Assembly (NCBI GenBank): GCA_040220235.1
Contig: JAVJTO010000006.1
Origin: Coleofasciculus sp. B1-GNL1-01
GTDB taxonomy: Bacteria > Cyanobacteriota > Cyanobacteriia > Cyanobacteriales > Coleofasciculaceae
Length of the DNA stretch: 64,000 nt
Reading direction: 5' to 3' (one strand)
A model generated the notes under the pieces. That model did not search any database. It was given only the letters and a program-made list of their open reading frames with translations, and had not been told where the DNA came from. Position numbers and translations under genes: made by a program. This document shows positions 10,801-20,908 of the stretch, piece by piece. How positions within the stretch are numbered: position 1 is the stretch's first letter; every line of letters begins with the position of its first letter.

Positions 10801-11403
10801 CAAGCCGACAGCACCACCGCCAGACAACAAATCGGTTTAGGATTAGGATTAGCGATCGCCCAAAATTTGGTGCAACTGCAAGGTGGTACAATTCACGCCG
10901 AAAGCCCCGGAGAAGGACAAGGGGCGACGTTTATTGTTAAGCTACCCCTTTGGGAAGATGACGACAAAAAAATAACTGCCGACGATGGAATTAACTCATC
11001 CTTGACCTTTGAGGCATCACTTCTAAGTCAGATAAGAGTTTTAGTGGTCGATGATGATGCCGATGCCCGTGAATTCTTAATCGCCATCCTGGAACAGTAC
11101 GGGGCGATGGCAACTGCCACAGCATCCGCAACTGAAGCGCTAGAATGCCTGCAACAAATGAACTATGATTTGCTACTCAGTGATATTGGTATGCCCGGTG
11201 AAAATGGCTACAGTCTGATGCGCCGAATCAGGGCATTACCGTCAGCCCAAGGGGGACAAATCCCGGCGGTGGCTGTAACCGCTTCTGCTAGAGAAGAAGA
11301 CCGCATTGAAGCCCTATCAGCAGGCTTCCAAATGCACATCTCTAAGCCGATTGAACCCAGGCAACTACTGAAGGTCATTGTTCGTCTACTGGAGATTTCC
11401 TAA
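7829..11403 (+). CDS. C-terminal part of the interrupted hybrid kinase: multiple PAS/PAC, HisKA, HATPase, receiver
   Basis: Repeated PAS modules; SHELRSPL H-box; NLLSNAVKFT; DTGKG; receiver VLVVDDD...SDIGMP...KP; nearest possible starts TTG 7867 or ATG 7909. Confidence 0.9.
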
Positions 11404-11412
11404 ACGGTTTCG

Positions 11413-14400
11413 ATGAATAGGACGATCAGAATTAAACCCCTTTGTCACCTTGGGTGGCGTTACAGTGTTTCCCTATTCGCCATCGCCATCGCCCTGTCCC
11501 TTCAGCTATTCCTAGCATCCTTATGGGAACTAGAAAGCCCGTTTTTGCTATTTTTAGCCGCCGTGATGGTGAGTGCCTGGTATGGTGGCAGGGGGGCGGG
11601 AATCTTAGCAACGGTGTTGGCGGCGTTAAGCGGCAGTTATCTGTTTTTATCGCCAACCTATTCGACTGGAGTGGATAGTTTAGGACAAACCCTGCGCTTA
11701 GTTTTGTTTGTCCTAGAGGGGTTATTTCTTAGTAGCACAATTTCCGGTTTAACCGTTGCCAGAGAGCAAGTGACATGCGGACAAGAGGCGTTAAGAGAAA
11801 GCGAAGAGAAATTCCAATTGGTAGCGGAAAGCCTACCTCAAATTGTCTGGACGGCTCAATCCGATGGTTCAGTGGATTATTACAATCAACGCTGGGCGGA
11901 ATATAGTGGAATTTCTAAACAGCAGGGTCAAGGCTGGGGCTGGAAACCTGTCCTCCATCCCGACGATGAACAAAAGACAATCGACACCTGGAATCAGGCT
12001 GTAGCCAGGGGTGAATTATACGAATGTGAGCATCAAATTAGACGCGCCGATGGGGAATTTCGTTGGCATTTGAGTCGCGCTTTTCCCCTCCGAGATAGCC
12101 ACGGTAAAATTATTAAATGGTTTGGCACAGCGACGGAGATTCACCAGCAAAAGCAAACAGAAGCAAAACTGCGGGAAAGCCAGGAACTGTTCCAAAATTT
12201 TATGGACTATAGTCCAGTCGCCGCCTATATTAAAGAGGAATCAGGACACTATATTTTTGTAAACCGGATAGTGGAAAAAACCTGGCATCGCCCTTTCATG
12301 GATTGGCTGGGGAAAACCGATTTTGACTTCTTTTCCGATGCGATCGCGCAACAAATCCGCGATAATGATCTCAAGGCGTTAGCGGGTGATCACGCGATTG
12401 AACAGCTAGAAACCACAGAAAATGATGATGGCACTCACTACTGGCTTTCCTATAAGTTTCCTCTAAAAACCGCCTCTGGACAACGCTGGTTAGCCGGGAT
12501 GTCGATGGATATCACCGAACGCCAGCAGATGCAGGAAGCGCTGCGACAAAGTGAACAACGATTCCGACAAGCAGTAATTAATGCCCCTTATCCGCTGATT
12601 ATTCACGCCGAAGATGGGGAAGTGCTGCAAGTTAACCAAATGTGGACGGAATTGACCGGATATACTCATGATGACATTCCCACCATGGCAGATTGGACGG
12701 AAAAAGCCTATGGTGAACGTCGAGAGATTGTGCGAGAGAGGATTGATCAGTTATATGCGTTGAATGATAAATTCTATGAGGGAGAATTCGTGATCGCGAC
12801 GAAACAGGGTAGCCAGAGAATTTGGGATTTTAGTTCCGCCCCTCTAGGAAAATTACCCGATGGCAGGCGTACTGTCATCTCCATCGCCACCGATATTAGC
12901 GATCGCATATTGGCAGAAGAATTACTCCGGGGACAAAAGCAGATTCTGGAAGCGATTGCCACAAATGTTCCCCTGTCTGATATCCTCGATACTATTACGC
13001 AATTGATTGAGTCTCACGCGGATGAGTCAATTTGTTCGGTGTTGCTGTTAGATCAGCAAACGAAGAGGTTACACTATGGTTCTGCAGGTCGTTTACCCGA
13101 ACGGATTCAGCAGTTCACTGCTGACGGTTTGGCGATCGGTCCTGGTGCGGGAAGTTGTGGCACAGCCGCTTATCGCGACGAACCGGTAATTGTCTGTGAC
13201 ATTGCCAGCAGCCCGCTTTGGGCAGACTACAAAAACATTGCCCTATCCGAAAATATAGCAGCCTGTTGGTCGATTCCCCTGCACTCCAGCAATGGTGACG
13301 TTTTGGGAACCTTCGCCATGTATTATCCCACACCTCGTCATCCCAGCAGCGAGGATTGGAATTTAATCGACCAATTCACGCATTTAGCCGAGATTGCCAT
13401 CGAATCGTCTCAAGCCAAACAAGCGCTGAAAGCCAGCCAAGAACGGTTGCGGCGATTTGCTGAATCGGATTTGATTGGGATTCTCTTTTGCGACATCTAT
13501 GGGGGAATCCAAGACGCCAATGATACCTTCTTGGATATTGTCGGCTACAGTCGGGAGGATTTGCAAGCAGGGCGATTGGGCTGGCGTGACATCACGCCAC
13601 CGGAGTATCTGCCTTTAGATGAGGTGAACATTGTCCAGGCAAAGGAAAAAGGACGGTGTATCCCTTATGAAAAAGAGTATATTCGCCAAGACGGGACTCG
13701 CGTTTGGGTATTGGTGGGTTATGTGTTGCTGGGTGAGGCGCGAGACGAAGCGGTAGCGTTTATTCTCGATATTAGCGATCGCAAACAATCTGAAGCCATT
13801 TTACAGCGACAATCCCAGGAATTAGCCCAAACCAACCGCCTCAAAGATGAGTTTCTCGCCACCCTTTCCCACGAACTCCGCACCCCCCTCAACTCAATCC
13901 TGGGTTTAGCCAAGCTTCTACCCATGCGCCGCTTGAATGAAGAGAGGATGGCGCGGGCGTTGGAGACGATTTCTCGCAATACTCAATCTCTGGCGCAACT
14001 GATTGAAGATGTCCTGGATATGTCGGATATTATCAGCGGAGAATTGACGCTGCATGTTGCACCTGTGGAACTACTGCCGATTATGGAACGGGCGATGGCT
14101 TCTATGCGGGCGGCGGCTGAGGCAAAGGCACTGCAAATCGAGACTCAGTTAGATACTGAAGTTGCTCCCATATTAGGGGATGCCAGCCGCTTACAGCAAA
14201 TTGTCTGGAATTTACTCTCCAATGCGGTCAAATTCACACCCAAGGGAGGACAGATTCAGGTTCGCTTAGAACAGATTGAGGATCAGGCGCAAATCCAGGT
14301 GAGTGATACCGGGATTGGGATTCATGGTGAGTTTCTCCCCTTTGTCTTTGATCGCTTCCGTCAAGAAGACGGTTCACTGACGCGATCGCACGGCGGTATA

Positions 14401-14583
14401 GGGATGGGATTAGCGATCGTGCGTTACCTAGTGGAACTCCAAGGCGGTACCGTGTGGGCAGAAAGTCCCGGATCAGGTCAGGGTTCCACATTCACCGTGC
14501 GTTTTCCCATTTTTCCTCAAGGCAGAAGGCAGAAGGCAGAAGGCAGGGAACAGGAGGAAAGAGGCAAAAGAGAATCGCCGTAG
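11413..14583 (+). CDS. Sensor histidine kinase: DUF4118 TM domain, PAS x4, GAF, HisKA, HATPase
   Basis: AVMVSAWYGG TM module; PAS motifs; GAF (GSCGTAAY, CWSIPL, LGTFAMYY); SHELRTPL; NAVKFT; no receiver. Confidence 0.92.
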   Translation: MNRTIRIKPLCHLGWRYSVSLFAIAIALSLQLFLASLWELESPFLLFLAAVMVSAWYGGRGAGILATVLAALSGSYLFLSPTYSTGVDSLGQTLRLVLFVLEGLFLSSTISGLTVAREQVTCGQEALRESEEKFQLVAESLPQIVWTAQSDGSVDYYNQRWAEYSGISKQQGQGWGWKPVLHPDDEQKTIDTWNQAVARGELYECEHQIRRADGEFRWHLSRAFPLRDSHGKIIKWFGTATEIHQQKQTEAKLRESQELFQNFMDYSPVAAYIKEESGHYIFVNRIVEKTWHRPFMDWLGKTDFDFFSDAIAQQIRDNDLKALAGDHAIEQLETTENDDGTHYWLSYKFPLKTASGQRWLAGMSMDITERQQMQEALRQSEQRFRQAVINAPYPLIIHAEDGEVLQVNQMWTELTGYTHDDIPTMADWTEKAYGERREIVRERIDQLYALNDKFYEGEFVIATKQGSQRIWDFSSAPLGKLPDGRRTVISIATDISDRILAEELLRGQKQILEAIATNVPLSDILDTITQLIESHADESICSVLLLDQQTKRLHYGSAGRLPERIQQFTADGLAIGPGAGSCGTAAYRDEPVIVCDIASSPLWADYKNIALSENIAACWSIPLHSSNGDVLGTFAMYYPTPRHPSSEDWNLIDQFTHLAEIAIESSQAKQALKASQERLRRFAESDLIGILFCDIYGGIQDANDTFLDIVGYSREDLQAGRLGWRDITPPEYLPLDEVNIVQAKEKGRCIPYEKEYIRQDGTRVWVLVGYVLLGEARDEAVAFILDISDRKQSEAILQRQSQELAQTNRLKDEFLATLSHELRTPLNSILGLAKLLPMRRLNEERMARALETISRNTQSLAQLIEDVLDMSDIISGELTLHVAPVELLPIMERAMASMRAAAEAKALQIETQLDTEVAPILGDASRLQQIVWNLLSNAVKFTPKGGQIQVRLEQIEDQAQIQVSDTGIGIHGEFLPFVFDRFRQEDGSLTRSHGGIGMGLAIVRYLVELQGGTVWAESPGSGQGSTFTVRFPIFPQGRRQKAEGREQEERGKRESP

Positions 14584-14851
14584 TGCGTTAAGCGAAGCCA
14601 TGCCGCAGGCTTTGCGTCTCGCTCGCTATTTGGTCAAGTTTTCGGGAGCATGTCAAGGAAAGCATACAATGTCCAAGTTAGCCTGCTCTCGTTAGGTTTC
14701 GTTCCAAAAGTCCAACCTACAAAGGTGATATGCTCCCAAGTTTTCACCGTTAAAATCTAAGTAACCTGTCTAATTCCGCGAATTCCCAACGCTAGGACAA
14801 AACGACGATAAAATCTAAGCAACGAGAATCGAACGCCGAGGGAGGATTTTT

Positions 14852-15637
14852 ATGCCAAACCCTTTTCCTGGGATGAACCCCTACCTAGAACACCCAGAAA
14901 TCTGGCCCGGAATACATTTATTACTAATTAGTGAACTGACTAAGTTTCTGTCTCCTCAACTGCGTCCCAAATACAGAGTTGCGGTTGAAGTGCGTCTGTA
15001 TGAAACCATGGGTGAAAAATCACTCCTGGTTGGTATTCCCGATTTAACAGTTAAAGGTTCACAGGCAACAACTGAACAGCCAATGACCAATGTTGCTGTC
15101 GCCCCATCCCCACCTCAACCCCAGACCGTACAAGTTCCCGTACCTGAAACCATTAAACAAGGTTATTTAGAAGTACGAGAAGTCGCCACAGGTGAAGTCG
15201 TAACCGTCATTGAAATCCTCTCTCCAATTAATAAACGTTCGGGAGAAGGTCGCCAAGACTATGAAACTAAACGCAATAAAATCTTTGGCAGTTCAACTCA
15301 TTTAGTGGAAATTGATTTACTGCGTCAGGGAAAACCTTTGCCAATTTATCATAGCAATAGTCAAACTCATTATCGAATTTTAGTCAGTCGAGGAGACCGT
15401 CGTCCTCAAGCTGATTTGTATGCTTTTAATCTACGAGATACGATTCCCTCATTTCCCTTACCCTTGAAATCGGGCGATCGCGAACCCTTCGTAGACTTAC
15501 AGGTATTGTTGAATAATGTGTACGATCAAGCCAGTTATGATTTAGCCATCGATTATACTCAAGAACCCATACCGCCATTGTTAGCAGATGATCACGTTTG
15601 GGTAAATACATTATTAACCGAGCAACAACTGCGATAA
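14852..15637 (+). CDS. DUF4058 family protein (PD-(D/E)XK-like)
   Basis: MPNPFPGMNPYLE, IEILSPINK, HLVEIDLLR motifs. Confidence 0.88.
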   Translation: MPNPFPGMNPYLEHPEIWPGIHLLLISELTKFLSPQLRPKYRVAVEVRLYETMGEKSLLVGIPDLTVKGSQATTEQPMTNVAVAPSPPQPQTVQVPVPETIKQGYLEVREVATGEVVTVIEILSPINKRSGEGRQDYETKRNKIFGSSTHLVEIDLLRQGKPLPIYHSNSQTHYRILVSRGDRRPQADLYAFNLRDTIPSFPLPLKSGDREPFVDLQVLLNNVYDQASYDLAIDYTQEPIPPLLADDHVWVNTLLTEQQLR

Positions 15638-15689
15638 TGCTAGCAGGGGAAGCTGCCGCGATCGCAACATCCGGGAAAATTAGCTGGTA

Positions 15690-15791
15690 AGCTGTTCGGC
15701 ATTTAAACCTTAATGTCAATAATGCCGAAATCCTTGCCGTAGTGCGAGCATCTTGCTCGCTACCCATTCCCAATTTAAATGCATGACAGCT
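15690..15791. mobile_element. MITE of about 100 bp with AGCTGT..GCATTT terminal inverted repeats, flanked by TA
   Basis: TIRs visible; an inverted second copy lies at 43981-44104. Confidence 0.65.
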
Positions 15792-15900
15792 TACTAAGAA
15801 ATGTTAACAAGCATAAAACCCTTACTGTTCCCTGTTCCCTGTTCCCTGTTCCCTCATCTCAACCGTTAACTTTTATTTTCCCTACCTACTTACTTATGAT

Positions 15901-16311
15901 TTATTGTTCGAGAGGAAAATAGCGATCAAATTCAGCTTCATATTCCCACGCGATTCCCTGTGGATCACGAGTTTTGGTGTAGTCGGATAAAACCACCGGG
16001 TAACCTCGGATATCGGTTAACTTCCTCGGATCGCACTTCAGTCGTTCAGCTAATTGGTTCTGAGTCAGGCTTGTGTCTTTAGGAATCGCTGATGGGGACG
16101 CAGGTGGGGATGATTCGGCTGTTGAGTCGCCACCTTCGCTTGTATCCAAGTTATTCGGGGGTTTAGGTAGGGGAGTTGTCCCCAAATAGGTTGATAAAAT
16201 CTTATCGATCGCTTCGGCTTCAGTTAACGCCTGAGCCTCCATAAACTCTTTGAGTTTGCTATATGTGACTGGACTGATGTAGCCGACTACACGGAAATTC
16301 TGATTTGCCAT
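15901..16311 (-). CDS. Hypothetical protein, possibly DNA-binding (RHH-like N-terminus, HTH-like C-terminus)
   Basis: RVVGYISP..YSKLKEFM..LTEAEAIDKIL; LTQNQLAERLK..RDPQGIAWEY. Confidence 0.6.
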   Translation of the reverse strand: MANQNFRVVGYISPVTYSKLKEFMEAQALTEAEAIDKILSTYLGTTPLPKPPNNLDTSEGGDSTAESSPPASPSAIPKDTSLTQNQLAERLKCDPRKLTDIRGYPVVLSDYTKTRDPQGIAWEYEAEFDRYFPLEQ

Positions 16312-16345
16312 AGTTTACCCTCTTCTAAAACTCCCCAATAGCTAT

Positions 16346-16555
16346 CTAGTCCGAAATTGTGCCATCAGGCAGAGTAGCACTACGTAAATTAGCACCGTCC
16401 AACTCTGCATTGGTTAAGTTGGCAGATTTGAGATTAGCTCCACTGAGATTAATCTGATTCAGGATTGCCTCACTCAAATTCGCTTGACTCAGATCAACTT
16501 GAGCAAAATCCCGTTCTCCATCTACGTATCGCTGCATGAATTCACTCGCATCCAT
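16346..16555 (-). CDS. Small pentapeptide-repeat protein
   Basis: MDASEFMQRYVDGERDF followed by A(N/D)LS repeats, ending LPDG. Confidence 0.8.
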   Translation of the reverse strand: MDASEFMQRYVDGERDFAQVDLSQANLSEAILNQINLSGANLKSANLTNAELDGANLRSATLPDGTISD

Positions 16556-16624
16556 TACGTTGACCTCTCAATGACTGCAATTCCGATAGCATGACCTATC
16601 TCAGCTTAGACATATCCCTAGTCA

Positions 16625-16972
<348 letters not shown>

Positions 16973-16998
16973 TCACACGGACTGTTTTAATTTCCCTT

Positions 16999-18063
16999 AT
17001 GTCAATTCTGCTAGTCATTTCCGGACTGCTCATTCTCATCCTTGTCTCCATAGATGTCCTGATCACCACACTGACAGTAGGGGGAGGAGGACCTCTAACC
17101 AGCAGAATCTCAGCTTGGCTGTGGAAAATCGCGCTTCAGATTCATCGTTGGCGTTCCCATCACCGCTTATTGCTAGTTACAGGGTGGATAGTTCTTGTTA
17201 GTATAGCTGTACTTTGGTTTGTCTTAACGTGGGCGGGATGGACATTATTTTTTAGCGCTTATGAGACGGCTGTGGTGACACCGAAAAAACTGCCCGCCAC
17301 TACGTTAGAAAGAATTTATTTTGTCGGTTATACTATCTCAACCCTAGGCATGGGGAGTTATAGTCCTCAAGGTGCAGTTTGGCAAATTGCCACAGCAATT
17401 GCTTCGGTGAATGGGTTCTTTTTAGTTACCTTGGCAATCGCCTATCTCTTACCCGTGGTTTCAGCCGCGACTGAGCAACGCCAACTGGCGGTTTATATTT
17501 CCTCTCTCGGTGGTACGGCTGATGAAATTCTGGTCAGAGCCTGGAATGGCAAAGATTTTGGGCAGTTTGACCAGCATTTAATTGCTTTGACATCAATGCT
17601 TGCCCAACAGGGAGAACGCCATCTAACTTACCCGATTCTGCATTATTTCCACAGCATCGAACGTTCTCGCTCGATCAAGCTGAGTTTAGTGGCTCTTGAT
17701 GAAGCGCTAACTATATTGGACTATGGCATTAAACCATCACATCAACCTGATCCGGCGGCGCTCGGTGCAGCACGCCGAGCAAGTGCAGCATATTTGAAAA
17801 CCCTCAAATCCGCTTACTTAGAACCCGCCTCGAAAAACCCACCGCTTCCATCTCTGGAACGACTCAGGAAACACGGTATTCCCACGGTGAGCGATCGCCA
17901 ATTTTGGGACGCCACCAAACACGTCACCAAACGCCGACGGCTGCTATTGGCACTGCTTCACAATGACGGCTGGGTTTGGGATGCGATCGCCTCCAGCCAA
18001 ACCACCAATCGGGCTACTCCCTTAGATGACCAGACAACGATTGACCAAGCAATATTGCATTAA
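16999..18063 (+). CDS. Ion channel protein (2-TM pore, Ion_trans_2-like)
   Basis: Pore-helix and filter-like YFVGYTISTLGMGSYSP flanked by TM helices. Confidence 0.8.
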   Translation: MSILLVISGLLILILVSIDVLITTLTVGGGGPLTSRISAWLWKIALQIHRWRSHHRLLLVTGWIVLVSIAVLWFVLTWAGWTLFFSAYETAVVTPKKLPATTLERIYFVGYTISTLGMGSYSPQGAVWQIATAIASVNGFFLVTLAIAYLLPVVSAATEQRQLAVYISSLGGTADEILVRAWNGKDFGQFDQHLIALTSMLAQQGERHLTYPILHYFHSIERSRSIKLSLVALDEALTILDYGIKPSHQPDPAALGAARRASAAYLKTLKSAYLEPASKNPPLPSLERLRKHGIPTVSDRQFWDATKHVTKRRRLLLALLHNDGWVWDAIASSQTTNRATPLDDQTTIDQAILH

Positions 18064-18086
18064 TTAGGGAACAGGAAGGGGAACTT

Positions 18087-18110
18087 GTAGAGACGCGCCA
18101 TGGCGCGTCT
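18087..18110. repeat. GTAG-family REP-like palindrome (also 21953-21977, 22514-22540, 29130-29158, 31369-31394, 32655-32682, 43375-43402, 52299-52322)
   Basis: GTAGAGACG..CATG..CGTCTCTAC and GTAGGGG..CCCCTAC palindromes recur, mostly at gene 3' ends. Confidence 0.8.
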
Positions 18111-18155
18111 GGGAGCTGGGGGAGAGAATTACCAATCAACAATGAACCATGAACC

Positions 18156-19067
18156 ATGAAAAAAATCAAGTATATTCTCTTAGGTTTAGTCGGACTATTC
18201 TGTATCCTTATAATTTGGGGCTTGATTGAGCCTTATATCCTCGACACAGAAGACGAAGTTGCCGTCATTCCCAATCTTCCTCCAGCTTGGCAAGACCAAC
18301 GAATTGGATTAATTTCCGATTTTCAATACGGAATGTGGCTAGATAATACCGCCACTGTCCGTCGTAGTATCGCCAAACTGGTTGAAGAACGCCCCAGTGT
18401 AGTCCTGATCAGCGGTGACTTTATTTACCATGCCTTTAAAGGCACAGACCCAGAAATTGCTAGCATCGTTGATTTAGTCCGTCCCTTACCAGAAGCCAAT
18501 ATTCCCACCTATGCCGTATTGGGTAATCACGACTACGGTATGATTAGCCTGGATACTCCACCCAAAGAGAACTTAGCAGCGCGGTTGGAGAAGGCGTTGG
18601 AGGACGTTGGTATAGAGGTTTTGGAAAATCAAGCCGTCAAATTATCTCCACCGGGACAATCTGGAGAAAATCTCAGTGATGGAAATACCGACTCCTTTTA
18701 TTTAGTGGGTATTGGTTCCCATCTGGCAAACAACGATCGACCCAAAGAGGCGATCGCGCAAGTACCATCCACAAATCCCAGGATTGTAATGATGCACAAT
18801 CCCAAATCCTTTCCGGCTTTACCTGCCAATACCGCACCCGTAGCCGTTGCTGGACATACTCATGGTGGACAAATTCGCCTACCCTTCACACCCCAATGGT
18901 CTTGGTTGGCATTAGCTAAAGGCTGGGAACATGTCGATGGTTGGAGTGACGGCTATGGTGCCTCAGGGAATAAACTCTATGTTAATCGTGGGATTGGTTT
19001 TAGTGATCTGCCCATACGACTCAACTGTCCTCCAGAGGTCACTTTATTTACTCTCCAGGCTCAATAA
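18156..19067 (+). CDS. Metallophosphoesterase (YkuE-like)
   Basis: SDFQ, GDF, GNHD, HNP, GHTHGGQ, VNRGIG motifs; N-terminal TM anchor. Confidence 0.92.
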   Translation: MKKIKYILLGLVGLFCILIIWGLIEPYILDTEDEVAVIPNLPPAWQDQRIGLISDFQYGMWLDNTATVRRSIAKLVEERPSVVLISGDFIYHAFKGTDPEIASIVDLVRPLPEANIPTYAVLGNHDYGMISLDTPPKENLAARLEKALEDVGIEVLENQAVKLSPPGQSGENLSDGNTDSFYLVGIGSHLANNDRPKEAIAQVPSTNPRIVMMHNPKSFPALPANTAPVAVAGHTHGGQIRLPFTPQWSWLALAKGWEHVDGWSDGYGASGNKLYVNRGIGFSDLPIRLNCPPEVTLFTLQAQ

Positions 19068-19255
19068 GTAGGTGGGTTAACGTTAACGGTGGAGAACTCG
19101 CTACCCGAAAAGAAGCAAGCTACCTCCTTTGTCATTTGTCATTTGTCATTCGTCATTTGTAAGAGATTGGGTCTGGGCGTAAGTCCTAAGATTAATTTAT
19201 TCCGGGAGGTAGATGTTAATTTTAAGAAGTCATCTCAACCCACCCTGGAAATCCG

Positions 19256-20350
19256 ATGAGCTACTGTATCAACCCCAAGTGCGACCAACGGGAAAATCCT
19301 GAGTATCTGGAATACTGCCAAGGCTGTGACACCCCATTAACCATCAACAGTCGATATCGGCTGCTGAAACCCCTTCGACCCCTAGACGCACCCAATCCCA
19401 CCAAAATCTTTGAAGTCCAGGATTTGGCAGCAGAGGCGGCAATCAAAGGAGCAAAACATAAAGTACTAAAAGTTTTAACCCGGAACAATTCCACCTTAGT
19501 TCGCCTGTTCAGACAAGAATCCGAAATTTTAAAGAAACTTAACCATCCGGGTATTCCTAAAGTTCAACCTGAAGACAATTATTTTACCGTTTCTGTCTCC
19601 CGCCGTGCCAGACCATTACATTGCTTGGTGATGGAACAAGTGGAGGGGATAAATTTACGAGAATGGCTCAAACATAATCAACCCATTTCCGAAGCCAAAG
19701 CCATTGAATGGCTAAAACAGTTACTGGATATATTAGATACACTGCACCAACAACAATATTTCCATCGGGATATTAAACCCTCGAATATTATGCTGCGACC
19801 CAATGGTCAACTGGTACTAATTGATTTTGGGACAGTTTGCCAAATGACGGGTACAGTTGTGCAACGACTGATGGGAAAAGATGTAACTGGAGAAGGAGTT
19901 TTTTCACCCGGTTATACCCCTCCTGAACAAATCAACGGTAATGCGGTTCCTCAATCGGATCTTTATGCCTTAGGACGTACCTTTGTCCATTTGCTGACGG
20001 GTAAACATCCTTTAGAACTAGAAACCAATCATCAAACAGGTGAATTAATGTGGCGCAAACATACGCACAAAATCTCTGAACCCTTAGTCGAGTGGCTTGA
20101 CTATTTTATGGCTCCATTTGTCCATCGTAGACCGCCAAATGCAGCGTTTATTTTGCAGCATTTTCAGAAACAACCCCTCCCTCATCCAGACATACCCAAA
20201 ACGTCTCCACTTCCCCTAGGATTAATGATTCTCAATCTTGTTATTTTCTCAATTTTATTAGTCTCCGGAGTCCTCTGGTTACAAGCCTACCAACAGCACC
20301 AGCAGCAGTTGTCTCCTCAAGGGAATGTTCTGTTCATGCAGAGAAGTTAA
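19256..20350 (+). CDS. Ser/Thr protein kinase with N-terminal 4-Cys finger and C-terminal TM
   Basis: YCINPKC..CQGC; HPGIPK; HRDIKPSN; DFG; GYTPPEQ; SDLYALG. Confidence 0.92.
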   Translation: MSYCINPKCDQRENPEYLEYCQGCDTPLTINSRYRLLKPLRPLDAPNPTKIFEVQDLAAEAAIKGAKHKVLKVLTRNNSTLVRLFRQESEILKKLNHPGIPKVQPEDNYFTVSVSRRARPLHCLVMEQVEGINLREWLKHNQPISEAKAIEWLKQLLDILDTLHQQQYFHRDIKPSNIMLRPNGQLVLIDFGTVCQMTGTVVQRLMGKDVTGEGVFSPGYTPPEQINGNAVPQSDLYALGRTFVHLLTGKHPLELETNHQTGELMWRKHTHKISEPLVEWLDYFMAPFVHRRPPNAAFILQHFQKQPLPHPDIPKTSPLPLGLMILNLVIFSILLVSGVLWLQAYQQHQQQLSPQGNVLFMQRS

Positions 20351-20557
20351 AGACATTCATCTGATGTCCTAATCACCCTGGCGACTGTTATAGCAGTACG
20401 CTCTCGCGTAGTTACAGTACAAATGTTCTAAGACACTCCTGATAAAGCCTCCATTTCTAATGTGTAAATACACCAGCGCGTAGGGCTATATAATACAGAG
20501 CCGTTTTCTTTTGCCTATTGCCTATTCCCTATTGCCTTTCCCCACCACAACACTTAT

Positions 20558-20803
20558 TCAGCAGACCCTAATTAACCGGACTTGATATGAAAGCGCAACT
20601 ACGAACCTAAAAAAAGAGGGAAGAGTGTCTTTTTCTCTTCCCCCTTGCTGATTCTGTTGTTCAGTTTTTCCACTTTCTTTCAACTTCTTCCGCAACATTT
20701 GCCGTTGCTTCTTCAGTTGTCTGGCTCTGGCGGAACCGCCTTTGCCTTTGTCATTTCGCCCTTGACGGCGAGGAGACTCCCAACGCTTGAGTCGTTGTGT
20801 CAT
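20558..20803 (-). CDS. Small basic hypothetical protein
   Basis: ATG 20803 preceded by an AGGTGG SD-like motif; Lys/Arg-rich; directly downstream of tRNA-Leu. Confidence 0.55.
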   Translation of the reverse strand: MTQRLKRWESPRRQGRNDKGKGGSARARQLKKQRQMLRKKLKESGKTEQQNQQGGREKDTLPSFFRFVVALSYQVRLIRVC

Positions 20804-20825
20804 GATCACCACCTCTGAATCTGAA

Positions 20826-20908
20826 TGGGCGGAGAGAGACTCGAACTCTCATGACCAGAGGTCGCCACATTTTGAGTGTGGTGCGTCTACCAATTTCGCC
20901 ATCCGCCC
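20826..20908 (-). tRNA. trnL: tRNA-Leu(CAA)
   Basis: GGGCGGA/TCCGCCC acceptor stem, D-loop TGGTAGAC, anticodon arm CCACA-CTCAAAA-TGTGG, long variable arm, GTTCGAGT T-loop. Confidence 0.96.
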
